DNA of 52,939 nucleotides from an uncultured archaeon (GCA_964388035.1 CAYLZE010000024.1:1-52939); one strand, 5' to 3'. Positions 19,978 through 29,746 are shown, counted from the first letter of the stretch. Numbers and translations: made by a program. Notes: generated from the letters alone by a model not told the origin.

Positions 19978-21291
19978 ATGAAGAAGGAAATGTCAAAAAA
20001 TACGATAGTAATCATAGAATATGTAAGTGCGGGGGGATTTAATCAAACAGAAATTCCCTCATCCTTGTTTTGTGAAGGATTTGCCATGTTAAAAACGTTG
20101 ATAGAAGATTTTTATAACTTAGATTTCGAGATTCATGCTTTATTGGATGAGAGAATCTCCTATCTTTCAAACTATTTGAAGGTCATTGAAGTCCAACTAG
20201 TTGGAAAAAAAGATAATTTTTTTTTTAAATTTAAGGAATTATTAGATAGAACGGAGTATTGCTTCATCATTGCTCCCGAATTTTCGAATATATTACATGA
20301 ATTAACCAACATTGCAAAACAGAGTCATTCTAGGATCCTGAGCATGGGATTGGAGGGTATTGTTTTAGGAACCTCGAAATATAACACCTATCAATTTTTT
20401 CTAAAAAAGGGGATCCTCACTCCTAAGACATGGTTGCTTCCCTTTCAAGAAAAAAACCTTGAGAAAAAACAAGTACTTCAAAAAGCATTTGAATTAAATG
20501 GGTCTCTCATTGTCAAACCTGAAGATGGTGTCGGAGCAGAGTCCATCCATTATTTTAAAAATGCAGCTGATTTCCGGAAGCGATATGATCATTTTATCAA
20601 TCAAAAAGACTCTAAAAGAAATTATGTTTTACAAGAATTCATTAAAGGACAGGATTTAAGTGCATCCCTAATTGGGTTTTCTAAATTCACTCCCGCTCTC
20701 TTGAGCATAAATACTCAATTTATCAATTTTGACAAGAAAGGTGGAAGTTCGGAATATCTTGGAGGCAGGACGCCCATAAATAAATTTGAAGAAGTAAAAA
20801 AAGAGTTAGTTCAAATCAATCCTTTATTAAATAACGTTAACTTATTGGGATATTTTGGATTAGATTTCATATTGGATAGGAAAAAGCACCTCTCTTTCAT
20901 TGAAATTAATCCCCGATTGACAACTTCGTATATTGGGGTGCGAAACGTCATAAACAAGAATCCCGTCCAAATAATTCTTGATGCAAAATTAAATCGGGAC
21001 GGTCCTCCCGATATCCAAAGAATGCATCATTCCACTTTTTTGAGAGTGGAATTAATAACCACAAGAGAAATGGACATAATGGAATTGAGAGAACAACTTC
21101 TTCCCGATTTATCCAAAAAGATACCCGAAATCATAACTCCCCCCATTCATCTCACTCATTCTCATTCGGAGAAAAATTGGAGTTTTTCAACCTTTATTGC
21201 CACGAAAGCCAATAATGAAAGAAATTCCAAAAAAAGATTAAATGAAATAATGCGTGAATTGGATCAAGCCGGTTTTAAGAGGATAAATTGA
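19978..21291 (+). CDS. ATP-grasp protein, tyramine-L-glutamate ligase (MfnD)-like
   Basis: EYVSAGG...EGFAML, IIAPE, VKPEDGVG, QEFIKG, IEINPRLTTSY. Confidence 0.75.
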   Translation: MKKEMSKNTIVIIEYVSAGGFNQTEIPSSLFCEGFAMLKTLIEDFYNLDFEIHALLDERISYLSNYLKVIEVQLVGKKDNFFFKFKELLDRTEYCFIIAPEFSNILHELTNIAKQSHSRILSMGLEGIVLGTSKYNTYQFFLKKGILTPKTWLLPFQEKNLEKKQVLQKAFELNGSLIVKPEDGVGAESIHYFKNAADFRKRYDHFINQKDSKRNYVLQEFIKGQDLSASLIGFSKFTPALLSINTQFINFDKKGGSSEYLGGRTPINKFEEVKKELVQINPLLNNVNLLGYFGLDFILDRKKHLSFIEINPRLTTSYIGVRNVINKNPVQIILDAKLNRDGPPDIQRMHHSTFLRVELITTREMDIMELREQLLPDLSKKIPEIITPPIHLTHSHSEKNWSFSTFIATKANNERNSKKRLNEIMRELDQAGFKRIN

Positions 21292-21417
21292 TTTATATCT
21301 TTTTAAAAGAAGATAAGAAAAAGTTAGCATGATTTCTCCTCCAACCCTGAAATTGTATTATCTTATTAGTGATAAGAAAAGATTTTTATACGAATGTACC
21401 TAGATCTTTGAGTAATA

Positions 21418-22797
21418 ATGAGTAATGAAAATGATGAAAAAGAGGGTACTTACTCTCCCCCTTTATTAAATTACTTGCGCGAAGAAATTCCCATACAAGA
21501 GATAAGGGACTATTCTTCCCCCGAGCGATTGGGTTCTATCGATTTTGTTAAGGGATTTGCCATTATCGTAATCATGTTAGCACATATAGCCGCAGCATGG
21601 TTCAATAGAGATTGGATATTTTTATATGGAATCGCGTTTGCGCTTTTAGATTTTTTAGGGCCCTCCCTTTTCATTTCTTTGTCTGCGCTGAGCGTGGTGT
21701 TTAGCGTCAAAAAGAAGAAGGGAAAAGTGAAGGAAAAGGTTATCAGGGCAAGAATATTCAGTCGAGGTGGAATGATCATTCTCATAGGGGTCCTGATCAA
21801 TCTGCTAGTCGGGCCTTCTCCCGAATATCCGTTTCCTTTAAATTTATGGGGGTGGAATATCATCATGTTTATAGGATTTTCTCAAATTTTCTCCTATTAT
21901 GCATTGAAAGTTACCAAGATCCGCCGGGCAGTGATAGGCGTGTTTATCATCTTCATTTCTGAACCCATACGTAATGCATTATATTACGGGATGGATAAGG
22001 ACCCGTTAGTATGGTTGGCTCATTATATCATAACATCCCCCGAGGTTAGCACACCATTATTACCCTTTCTTTCTATTTGCTTTATCACCACTATCTTTGG
22101 AGAAACTCTTTATGATGCCATGATAAAGGGTACGGATAAAGCGTATTATCATTTCTTTAAGGTAACCATGATCTGGGGAATTATTTTAGTGATATTCGGA
22201 GTTTCAACGGGATTACAATCCATGCCTCCCGGTTCTGTTCCTTTATCGGAGTATTCTCACTTCGAATTATTAGCAATTGCAAACATGCAAAATTTTGTGC
22301 ATTTTCCCGGCATGTGGGTGTTTCTTATAAGAGGAAAGTTTGCTAACATGTGGTATAATTTAGGATGGGCATTCATTATCATCGCAATCTGCTTTTACAT
22401 GGTTGACATTAAAAAGGTGAACAAAAATGCATTCAGTTCCATGCTTTTTTACTATGGAAAGATTTCCTTGAGCCTCTTTTTATTTCATTACGTATTCATT
22501 ACCCTTTATTCTGGTGATTTGGACCTTATCTCGTTTATTCCTGCATATTTAGGGTATGTGGGATTTCTCGGTATCCTATTCTATGTCTGGTTCGAATACT
22601 ATAACGGCGTGGGAAGTCCCGAATGGATAATGATCCAAGTGGGACGAGTAGGAATGAAGACAGAGGAAACCGTAGTTAAAGAAGCAAAAGTAGCATATAA
22701 AATTACTAAAAAAGGGATTATAAAAACGGAAGAAGCTATCAAAAAAGAAAAGGAACAATTACGCCGAATAATAAAGCCAGAAGAGGATGCGGAGTGA
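21418..22797 (+). CDS. heparan-alpha-glucosaminide N-acetyltransferase-like (DUF1624) membrane protein
   Basis: RLGSIDFVKGFAIIVIMLAH, YGKISLSLFLFH; multi-TM. Confidence 0.75.
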   Translation: MSNENDEKEGTYSPPLLNYLREEIPIQEIRDYSSPERLGSIDFVKGFAIIVIMLAHIAAAWFNRDWIFLYGIAFALLDFLGPSLFISLSALSVVFSVKKKKGKVKEKVIRARIFSRGGMIILIGVLINLLVGPSPEYPFPLNLWGWNIIMFIGFSQIFSYYALKVTKIRRAVIGVFIIFISEPIRNALYYGMDKDPLVWLAHYIITSPEVSTPLLPFLSICFITTIFGETLYDAMIKGTDKAYYHFFKVTMIWGIILVIFGVSTGLQSMPPGSVPLSEYSHFELLAIANMQNFVHFPGMWVFLIRGKFANMWYNLGWAFIIIAICFYMVDIKKVNKNAFSSMLFYYGKISLSLFLFHYVFITLYSGDLDLISFIPAYLGYVGFLGILFYVWFEYYNGVGSPEWIMIQVGRVGMKTEETVVKEAKVAYKITKKGIIKTEEAIKKEKEQLRRIIKPEEDAE

Positions 22798-22937
22798 TTT
22801 CTCAAAACGATGCTGGATTTAAATTCTATTATTTAAAAGCTATAAATTAAATATTTTTATAATATTAATCAATTTTATATCAATAAGCTTTTTATATTAA
22901 TTATTTTAAAATGATTTGAAAAAGAGAGGTTTTTAAC

Positions 22938-23474
22938 ATCGCATCAAAGAATTTATACAAGTTTAAGATAACGATATTCGGGCCAGCCGAAGTTGGTAAG
23001 ACTTCCCTATTAATCCGATACATCAAGGATTACTTTTCGGAAGACCTCCAGAAAACAATTGGCACGAATTTTCTAATTAAAGACATAGAAGTCGATGGAA
23101 AAAATGTGCGGTTACTGCTGTGGGATATCGGGGGTGATGAGCGCTTTCAAGTGATCCGGACCCTATATTTTAAGGGAAGCAATGCTGCCTTAGGTGTTTA
23201 TGCGGTTGATTCCACGCAGTCATTATTAAAACTTCCGGGTTGGATAGCCTCCATAAAGAAGAGCGTTAAGACGCAGATTCCTATAATTCTCATAGGAAAT
23301 AAAACGGATTTGAAAAGAAAAGTTGATAAAGCAGAAGCAGAAGCCCTTGCCGAGCGCCTCAATGCGGAATATTTAGAAACCTCTGCTAAAACAGGAGATA
23401 ATGTTGAATTGGCATTCGAAAAAATAGCTTTGGCTTGTTTGAATGCTCACAAAAGTAACGGGGAAGGAGAATAA
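22938..23474 (+). CDS. Rab-like small GTPase; probable ATC start
   Basis: In-frame upstream of the track's GTG: FKITIFGPAEVGKTS (G1), TIGTNF (G2); then WDIGG (G3), NKTD (G4), ETSAK (G5). Confidence 0.92.
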   Translation: MASKNLYKFKITIFGPAEVGKTSLLIRYIKDYFSEDLQKTIGTNFLIKDIEVDGKNVRLLLWDIGGDERFQVIRTLYFKGSNAALGVYAVDSTQSLLKLPGWIASIKKSVKTQIPIILIGNKTDLKRKVDKAEAEALAERLNAEYLETSAKTGDNVELAFEKIALACLNAHKSNGEGE

Positions 23475-23488
23475 GCGAGGAAACAACT

Positions 23489-24118
23489 TTACCTAATTTC
23501 TAAACTAATATTGAACTTTTTCAAAATTTCCATTAATTCTTCCGTAGTGGTATAGGTAATTGAATTAATGTTTAATTTTGATGCCTCACGGACATTATTT
23601 AAGCCATCATCGATATATATTATTTCTTCGGGCCTACATCCTGCTTTTTCTATGGCAAATTGAAAGATTCTTGGATCGGGTTTGGTCAAGTGAACTTTAA
23701 AAGATAAAATTAACTCGTCAAAATACTCTATAAATTTCCATTGCTTAGATTTTAAAAATTCCCAATGACTTTCATTTACATTAGATAAACAAATTAATTT
23801 ATATCGATTAGTATCTCTTAATTTTTTTAAAAGCGAAACAATATCTTCATTGACGTGGGCGATGACAGAATTAAACGAGAGAAAAAATTCTTCTTGGTTT
23901 AATGCACACAATTCTAATAATTCACAAGCTTGATGATAAAAATCTTCATTTGAAATAAGCCCTTGATGATAAGTGTCAGATTGCCTCCAGAATTCAAGCA
24001 AGAGGAAAGAACCCGGCTTTTTCAAGGGAGAAAGCTTGATGACATCATTGAAAAAGCGCTCAAATTCTAGCTCGACGAGCACTCCACCCAAGTCAAAAAT
24101 AAAAGCTTTAAACGGCAT
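23489..24118 (-). CDS. HAD-family phosphatase (YihX-like)
   Basis: FDLGGV, LSN, KPDPRIF, IDD..NN. Confidence 0.9.
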   Translation of the reverse strand: MPFKAFIFDLGGVLVELEFERFFNDVIKLSPLKKPGSFLLLEFWRQSDTYHQGLISNEDFYHQACELLELCALNQEEFFLSFNSVIAHVNEDIVSLLKKLRDTNRYKLICLSNVNESHWEFLKSKQWKFIEYFDELILSFKVHLTKPDPRIFQFAIEKAGCRPEEIIYIDDGLNNVREASKLNINSITYTTTEELMEILKKFNISLEIR

Positions 24119-24142
24119 TTTATTGGTTATTATTGATGATTA

Positions 24143-26203
24143 TTATTTCCTAAAAGAAATCTTTGAGCTGATTTTTCTGAAAGGCACGGGTAATTTATAT
24201 TTGGGAAATCCCTTAGTATCCTCCTCTAGCAATTCTAAAAGCTCTTCTAACATTACATCATTTATTTGTTTCGAAGTATTCTTTTTTGGGCCGTAAGGTT
24301 GTCCCACTAGTCGTTTACGTATGGAAATTGTTTGATTTTCTACTTCGTTTTTGCCTATTACCAGGACATAAGGAATCCAATCGATTTCTGCCTGTCGAAT
24401 TTTCTTTCCAACCGTTTCTTCTCTATCGTCAAAGTCGCACCTATAGTTATGGCTATTTAGAATGGTCAAGAGTTTCTCGGCATATTCTTTTTGTTCTTCT
24501 CCGATAGTTACGATCCTCACTTGAATGGGTGAAAGCCAAGTCTTAAATCCGGGTATGATTTTATCCTTATTTCGAATTGCCGTTTCGATCAAACCCCATA
24601 GAATTCGCTCCAAGCCCCCTGTAGGCGAGTTGTGAAGGATGATGGGATGCTTTTTTTGTCCATCTTCATCAAAGAATGAGATATTATATTTTTGACGTTG
24701 TTTCCCTTCATTATCTACCATGTATTCTAAGGAACTTTCCACATCAATTTGATTTGTTGAGAGGGTTGCGCTTTTGTTTTGCGCCGAAAGAACCGGTCGT
24801 TCAAACTTTAAAACAAAATAATAATACCTATCTTCCCATAGCTCCAATAACACGGGATCTTCTTCTTTCTTAGAGAGTTCTTTGATCCATCCTTCATTTT
24901 CTTTATAAAAATCATTAGTCGTGCGAATTATCACGTAAGAGGGGATTCCAAGATCTTCGAGCATTTTTTTGATTAAATCATATTGCATTTTAAATTCTTC
25001 CACGGAAGAATCTAAATCCTTACACAGAGTATGCATGTCTGGCATGATAAATCCGCGAAGACGCCTCAATCCGGTCAACTCTCCTTCTTGTTCTCTTCGA
25101 AAATCATACTGTTCCCACTCATATAATCTCAAGGGAAAGTATTGAGGTTTGAGGTTCATGGTGCTTACCATGTCAAATAATAGGAAATCCGAAGCAAATC
25201 GAAGTAAATACCGGTCGTTACCAGATTCCACCCAATATGTTCTGGCAGGAAAACGGGCCGTCTGCGCGGTCAATTTATCGTTTTTTACCGTGTACATCAA
25301 TGGTGTATCAATCAAAATAGCGCCATAATCTATTATTTTCTCCTCGATATAATTCTTTATCAAGTTTTTCATGATCACGCCCTTGGTATACCATCTTAAA
25401 TTGCCCGCGTCCGTATTTTCATCGAAGTCCACCAATTCAAATTCTTTCATGACCTTAATATGGGCGGGTTCTATTCCCTCGTCTTCTCTCTTAGCACCTA
25501 ATTCTGAATTTAAGAAAGCATAGAAGTCTTGCTTTTTAATTCCTTTTAGGGGCTTCACTTCATGATTTTCATTGAATTCAATATCAAGTTCTTCTCCTTT
25601 TTGTGTAACTATTTTAAATTGAGAATTGGTCACGTGTTCTTCGGGTTGGATGTAAAGTTTGACATCCCGGTACATTTCTGCTACTTCATGCCCAATGCAG
25701 TTAATTTTGAAAGATTTATACCAACCAAAGGGTGAATAGGAAGCTTCTATTCCTTTGTCTTCCAGATTCTTTGCTATTTTTGGGCAAACCTCCATTGCTT
25801 CGGGCTTTTTACTCAAGAACTTGCTTAAATGCGCCCAAGGATATACCAATACTTTATCTACTTGATATTTATCTCGCTCCTTGCATAATTCCTGCAATTC
25901 TCTGGGATTCCCCTTTATCTCACCTTTCTCTATTTTTTGATTATACGCGCGAATTTCTACGTTTTTCGCTCCAACTTTTTCCGGCATGCTGGTGATGAGA
26001 TAAATTGCTTCTTCAATCACCTCTGCACCTTGTTTTGCAATTAAATCGGTATCATAAGTATCCTGATCTTCTACGGACACGAATGCTACCAAGATTAATC
26101 CTTCTAGATGGATGACCTCTTGGGCAAATTCTTGAGGATTTGAGGTAGCTTCTTTATTTTTTACGACCTCCACATCTTCAGAATGAATCAGTAAAATTTT
26201 CAT
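24143..26203 (-). CDS. thrS: threonyl-tRNA synthetase (archaeal type with DTD-like editing domain)
   Basis: MKILLIHS, YPWAHLS, FGWYK, FRREQEGEL..LRRLR..MPDMH, GGLER, anticodon-binding domain. Confidence 0.95.
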   Translation of the reverse strand: MKILLIHSEDVEVVKNKEATSNPQEFAQEVIHLEGLILVAFVSVEDQDTYDTDLIAKQGAEVIEEAIYLITSMPEKVGAKNVEIRAYNQKIEKGEIKGNPRELQELCKERDKYQVDKVLVYPWAHLSKFLSKKPEAMEVCPKIAKNLEDKGIEASYSPFGWYKSFKINCIGHEVAEMYRDVKLYIQPEEHVTNSQFKIVTQKGEELDIEFNENHEVKPLKGIKKQDFYAFLNSELGAKREDEGIEPAHIKVMKEFELVDFDENTDAGNLRWYTKGVIMKNLIKNYIEEKIIDYGAILIDTPLMYTVKNDKLTAQTARFPARTYWVESGNDRYLLRFASDFLLFDMVSTMNLKPQYFPLRLYEWEQYDFRREQEGELTGLRRLRGFIMPDMHTLCKDLDSSVEEFKMQYDLIKKMLEDLGIPSYVIIRTTNDFYKENEGWIKELSKKEEDPVLLELWEDRYYYFVLKFERPVLSAQNKSATLSTNQIDVESSLEYMVDNEGKQRQKYNISFFDEDGQKKHPIILHNSPTGGLERILWGLIETAIRNKDKIIPGFKTWLSPIQVRIVTIGEEQKEYAEKLLTILNSHNYRCDFDDREETVGKKIRQAEIDWIPYVLVIGKNEVENQTISIRKRLVGQPYGPKKNTSKQINDVMLEELLELLEEDTKGFPKYKLPVPFRKISSKISFRK

Positions 26204-26286
26204 GTTAACCAGCGCAAAAATTCTAATAAAATCGTTAATTTTGATAATTTAATTGTAAAAGGATTTAATATATAATTGTAGAAGGA

Positions 26287-26898
26287 ATGAATCTTAAAAA
26301 GATTTTCGCAGAAATTACACAAAAGCTTGACGAAATAGAAGAGGAAAGGGAAAAAATCTTAAGGGTATCGCGAGAAATGATTCGTAATTGTAGCTTGGCC
26401 ATAAAATCCATTCATCGAAGAGAACTGGAAAAATACCAGGATCTGATCTCTAACATTAAGTCCATGCATGAAGAATTGAGTCGCATGGTTCAAAATCAGC
26501 CCATCTATTTTGGAAAGCATTTAAAAACAGCAGAGCAAGAATTGGCAGAAGCAGCATGTCTTTTTTCTATCATCAATGATCGAGAGATTCCCTCTCCTAA
26601 AGAACTTAACATGGATGAAGTTAATTATTCTTTGGGCTTAGCAGATCTTATCGGTGAGATAAGAAGATACATTTTAGACAACATGCGCGTGGGAAAAATG
26701 GATAATGTTAATGACCTCTTGGAAAAGATGGATGAAATTTATACCGAATTGTTTTCTTTAGATTATCCAAAAGGAATCACCCAGGAATTGCGGCATAAAA
26801 CAGATGTGGCACGAAGCTTGATCGAAAAAACGAGAGGGGACGTTACCATGGCAATGCAATTGGATCGAGTTAAAAAAGAAATAGGGAAGGAGGATTAA
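26287..26898 (+). CDS. Translin/TRAX (C3PO) family nuclease
   Basis: RE...SRE, QELAEA, Y.LGLADLIGEIRR, LRHKTD. Confidence 0.9.
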   Translation: MNLKKIFAEITQKLDEIEEEREKILRVSREMIRNCSLAIKSIHRRELEKYQDLISNIKSMHEELSRMVQNQPIYFGKHLKTAEQELAEAACLFSIINDREIPSPKELNMDEVNYSLGLADLIGEIRRYILDNMRVGKMDNVNDLLEKMDEIYTELFSLDYPKGITQELRHKTDVARSLIEKTRGDVTMAMQLDRVKKEIGKED

Positions 26899-26899
26899 A

Positions 26900-28459
26900 A
26901 TGCCCTTTGATCTTGAGAAAATCAGGTCGAATGCAAGAACTGACTATGAACAAGCATGGTTAGGAACCAAAAATCTTCTCACCTTAAAAGGTAAGCTTTT
27001 TTCGATCCACGGAAAGGGCAAAGCTCATTTCATGAATGATTTCATTTGCGATGCAAGGAAGGAAATGATTGAGTTGGGTTTTGAAGAATTGATCTTACCC
27101 ATGTTCATCGAAGAAGACCAAATCTATAAACAATATGGTCCAGAAGCCGCCTTGATATTAGATAGGTTGTATTATCTTGCCGGGCTTCCGCGTCCTGATA
27201 TTGGGATATCAAGCGAAAAACTATTAGCGATAAAAAAGAGAATACCTTCCTTTACAAACGAGGAAGGATTAAAAAACATTTTCCGAAGATATAAAAAAGG
27301 GGAAATTGAAGCCGATGATTTGATTGAAGTATTTGTAGAAGAATTAGGGCTGACCGAAAGTGAAGCTTCGGAAATCTTGGATAAAATTTTTCCCGAATTA
27401 AAAACTCTTAAACCCATTCCTTCCAAGTTGACTCTTAGAAGTCATACCACGGCTTTATGGTTTAAAGTGTTAGCCGAATTATATAAAAAGAGGGAATTAC
27501 CCCTTCAATATTTTTCAATTTGTCCTAAATTTAGAAGGGAACAAAAAACGGATGCAACCCACTTATATTGCTCCAATACCCTTTCCTTGGTCATTGTTGC
27601 CGAGCAAATCTCGTTGGAAGATTGTCAACAAATTGCAAAAACAATATGTGAAAAATTGGGATTTGAAAATAGCCGCACGAATATTAAGAAAGCAACCTCC
27701 AAGTATTATGCTCCCCAGACCGAATTTGAAATCTTCGTGGAGCATCCTACCACAAAACAATGGATTGAAATTGGAGATGGGGGATTTTATAGCCCAGTGA
27801 GTCTAGCCCAGTATAATATTGCTCATCCCACCTTTAATATTGGGTTTGGAATCGAGCGGATTTGCATGATTAAAACTGAAATTGAAGATATTAGAAAATT
27901 GGTATATCCGTACTTTTACGAAGAGACTTCCTTTACGGATGAAGAGATAAGTAAGAGTCTCAAGTATAAATTAGTCCCATTGACCGAAAAAGGCATCGAA
28001 ATCAAAAATGCTTTATTAGACATCGCACAACAGAAAAAAGATGTTGAATCTCCCGTGGAAATTATTGCTTGGGAAGGAGTGTTAAAAGATAAAAAGATTC
28101 AAGTTTCAATATGGGAAAAAGATAAAGGAGTATGTCTATTGGGACCTGCTGCATTAAATAAAATTTGGGTCAAGGATGGAAACATCCTAGGATTACCCGT
28201 TGATAAAAGTCCAGAAAATGGAGTGGATACGGGAAAAACGTATTTAGAGGGAATCGCGAATGAAATGGCGTACAATATTGAAGTGTTGCTCGATCAAGGC
28301 ATAAACCAGTATGATCATCGCGTCAAGATGTGCTATAGGGCGTCTGAGATTAATATCGAGGTCGGGGATATTTTAATGGAGTATATCCATTCAAAACAAA
28401 AAAAGATTGATTTGAGGGGTCCTGTATTCATGGGGCTTTCCTATAAAGTAATCGAATAA
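26900..28459 (+). CDS. sepS: O-phosphoseryl-tRNA(Cys) synthetase
   Basis: YEQAW, YKQYGPEA..ILDR.YYLAGLPRPDIG, TLRSH, FRREQ..D..HL, SKYY.P, IDLRGPVF. Confidence 0.88.
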   Translation: MPFDLEKIRSNARTDYEQAWLGTKNLLTLKGKLFSIHGKGKAHFMNDFICDARKEMIELGFEELILPMFIEEDQIYKQYGPEAALILDRLYYLAGLPRPDIGISSEKLLAIKKRIPSFTNEEGLKNIFRRYKKGEIEADDLIEVFVEELGLTESEASEILDKIFPELKTLKPIPSKLTLRSHTTALWFKVLAELYKKRELPLQYFSICPKFRREQKTDATHLYCSNTLSLVIVAEQISLEDCQQIAKTICEKLGFENSRTNIKKATSKYYAPQTEFEIFVEHPTTKQWIEIGDGGFYSPVSLAQYNIAHPTFNIGFGIERICMIKTEIEDIRKLVYPYFYEETSFTDEEISKSLKYKLVPLTEKGIEIKNALLDIAQQKKDVESPVEIIAWEGVLKDKKIQVSIWEKDKGVCLLGPAALNKIWVKDGNILGLPVDKSPENGVDTGKTYLEGIANEMAYNIEVLLDQGINQYDHRVKMCYRASEINIEVGDILMEYIHSKQKKIDLRGPVFMGLSYKVIE

Positions 28460-28478
28460 TTTTAGCCAGGAATTTAAG

Positions 28479-28937
28479 ATGAATAAAAAAAAAGTTCTCA
28501 TTGCAGGAACATTCGATTTAATTCATCCGGGACACATATTTCTCATTAAGAAAGCTGCTGAATTGGGGGAAGTCCACGTCATAGTAGCGACGGATAAAAA
28601 TAGAGAGGAATATTCGGGTGAAAAACCCATCGTGAACGAGCTGCAAAGATTAGAGGTGGTTAAGAACCTCAAAGATGTAACATTTGCTCGTCTCGGTCGC
28701 CGTGATAACAACACCATAATAACCGTAAAGGAAATCAAGCCTGATATCATCTTATTAGGACCGGATCAGAAATATAGCATTGAAGAACTAACCCGGCAAT
28801 TGGCATCCATTGGGCTACAGAATATTGAAGTAAGGCGCTTAGACCAGATTTATGACAAGTTCGAATTAACCAGTTCTACAAAAATTAAAAAGAAAATCAT
28901 TGAAGAATATAAGAAGGGTAATTTGAAGTATAAATGA
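28479..28937 (+). CDS. ribL: FAD synthase (cytidylyltransferase family)
   Basis: GTFDLIHPGH, KPDIILLGPDQ, SSTKIK; overlaps ribK by 4 nt. Confidence 0.85.
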   Translation: MNKKKVLIAGTFDLIHPGHIFLIKKAAELGEVHVIVATDKNREEYSGEKPIVNELQRLEVVKNLKDVTFARLGRRDNNTIITVKEIKPDIILLGPDQKYSIEELTRQLASIGLQNIEVRRLDQIYDKFELTSSTKIKKKIIEEYKKGNLKYK

Positions 28938-29653
28938 ATTCTAAAAATAATGATATTGCAAATATCACTCCAGAGAATTATAATAATTGGTTCAGCTTAT
29001 ATCATCTTTCCCAATTATTGAACAACCAAAGAACCATCAAAATTAGTAGTGGGGAATTAGGAACCATCTTACATGTATCCCAGCAGACCGCTTCACGAAG
29101 AATTAATGAATTAACGCAATTAGGGTGGATCACCCGATTAATTGAAGGAAAAACGCAAAAAATTCAAATAACAGAACAAGGATCCTCAATATTATTATCC
29201 ATGTATAAAAGCCTCAGGGATCTTCTTGAATCTATTTTTATTGTGGGAGAAGTTTCGGAAGGAATGAAAGAAGGTGGCTATTATGTTGCAATTAAAGGTT
29301 ACTACGAGCAGTTTAAAGATAAATTGGGTTTTACCCCATATAAAGGAACCCTTAACCTAAAATTAAACGATGCCGATAAAGAACTCTTGCGCGAGAAATT
29401 GAATATAAAAAAACCCCTAATTATTGATGGATTCAAGGATTCAAATCGTGAATATGGACCCGTGTATTGTTTTGACGTGTATATATCCACTTTTCAAGAT
29501 AGAAAGAATAAGGTAAAAGCAGCCATTTTAGATATAAAACGAACTCATCATGAAAAAAACATAATAGAAATTCTGGCTGAGCCGTACTTGAGAGATTATT
29601 TTAAATTGCAAGATGGCGATAAACTCATCTTAACTTTCGGAACGGAAGATTAA
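28934..29653 (+). CDS. ribK: CTP-dependent riboflavin kinase with N-terminal wHTH (RbkR-like)
   Basis: SQQTASRR HTH; G.V..GM.EG.YY, PYKGTLNL, RTHH, LRD...L.DGD. Confidence 0.92.
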   Translation: MNSKNNDIANITPENYNNWFSLYHLSQLLNNQRTIKISSGELGTILHVSQQTASRRINELTQLGWITRLIEGKTQKIQITEQGSSILLSMYKSLRDLLESIFIVGEVSEGMKEGGYYVAIKGYYEQFKDKLGFTPYKGTLNLKLNDADKELLREKLNIKKPLIIDGFKDSNREYGPVYCFDVYISTFQDRKNKVKAAILDIKRTHHEKNIIEILAEPYLRDYFKLQDGDKLILTFGTED

Positions 29654-29746
29654 TTAATAATGCGTCCCAAATATATCTCCTGCTCATCTTAATTCTACTT
29701 GATTCAAGCTTTTAAAATAATGGATGTAAGGTTAAATAAAAACGTG

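Noticed and set aside
22911-22919. Selenocysteine read-through at the TGA upstream of the Rab-like gene
   Set aside because: No Cys is expected at this position in small GTPases and no SECIS-like element was recognised
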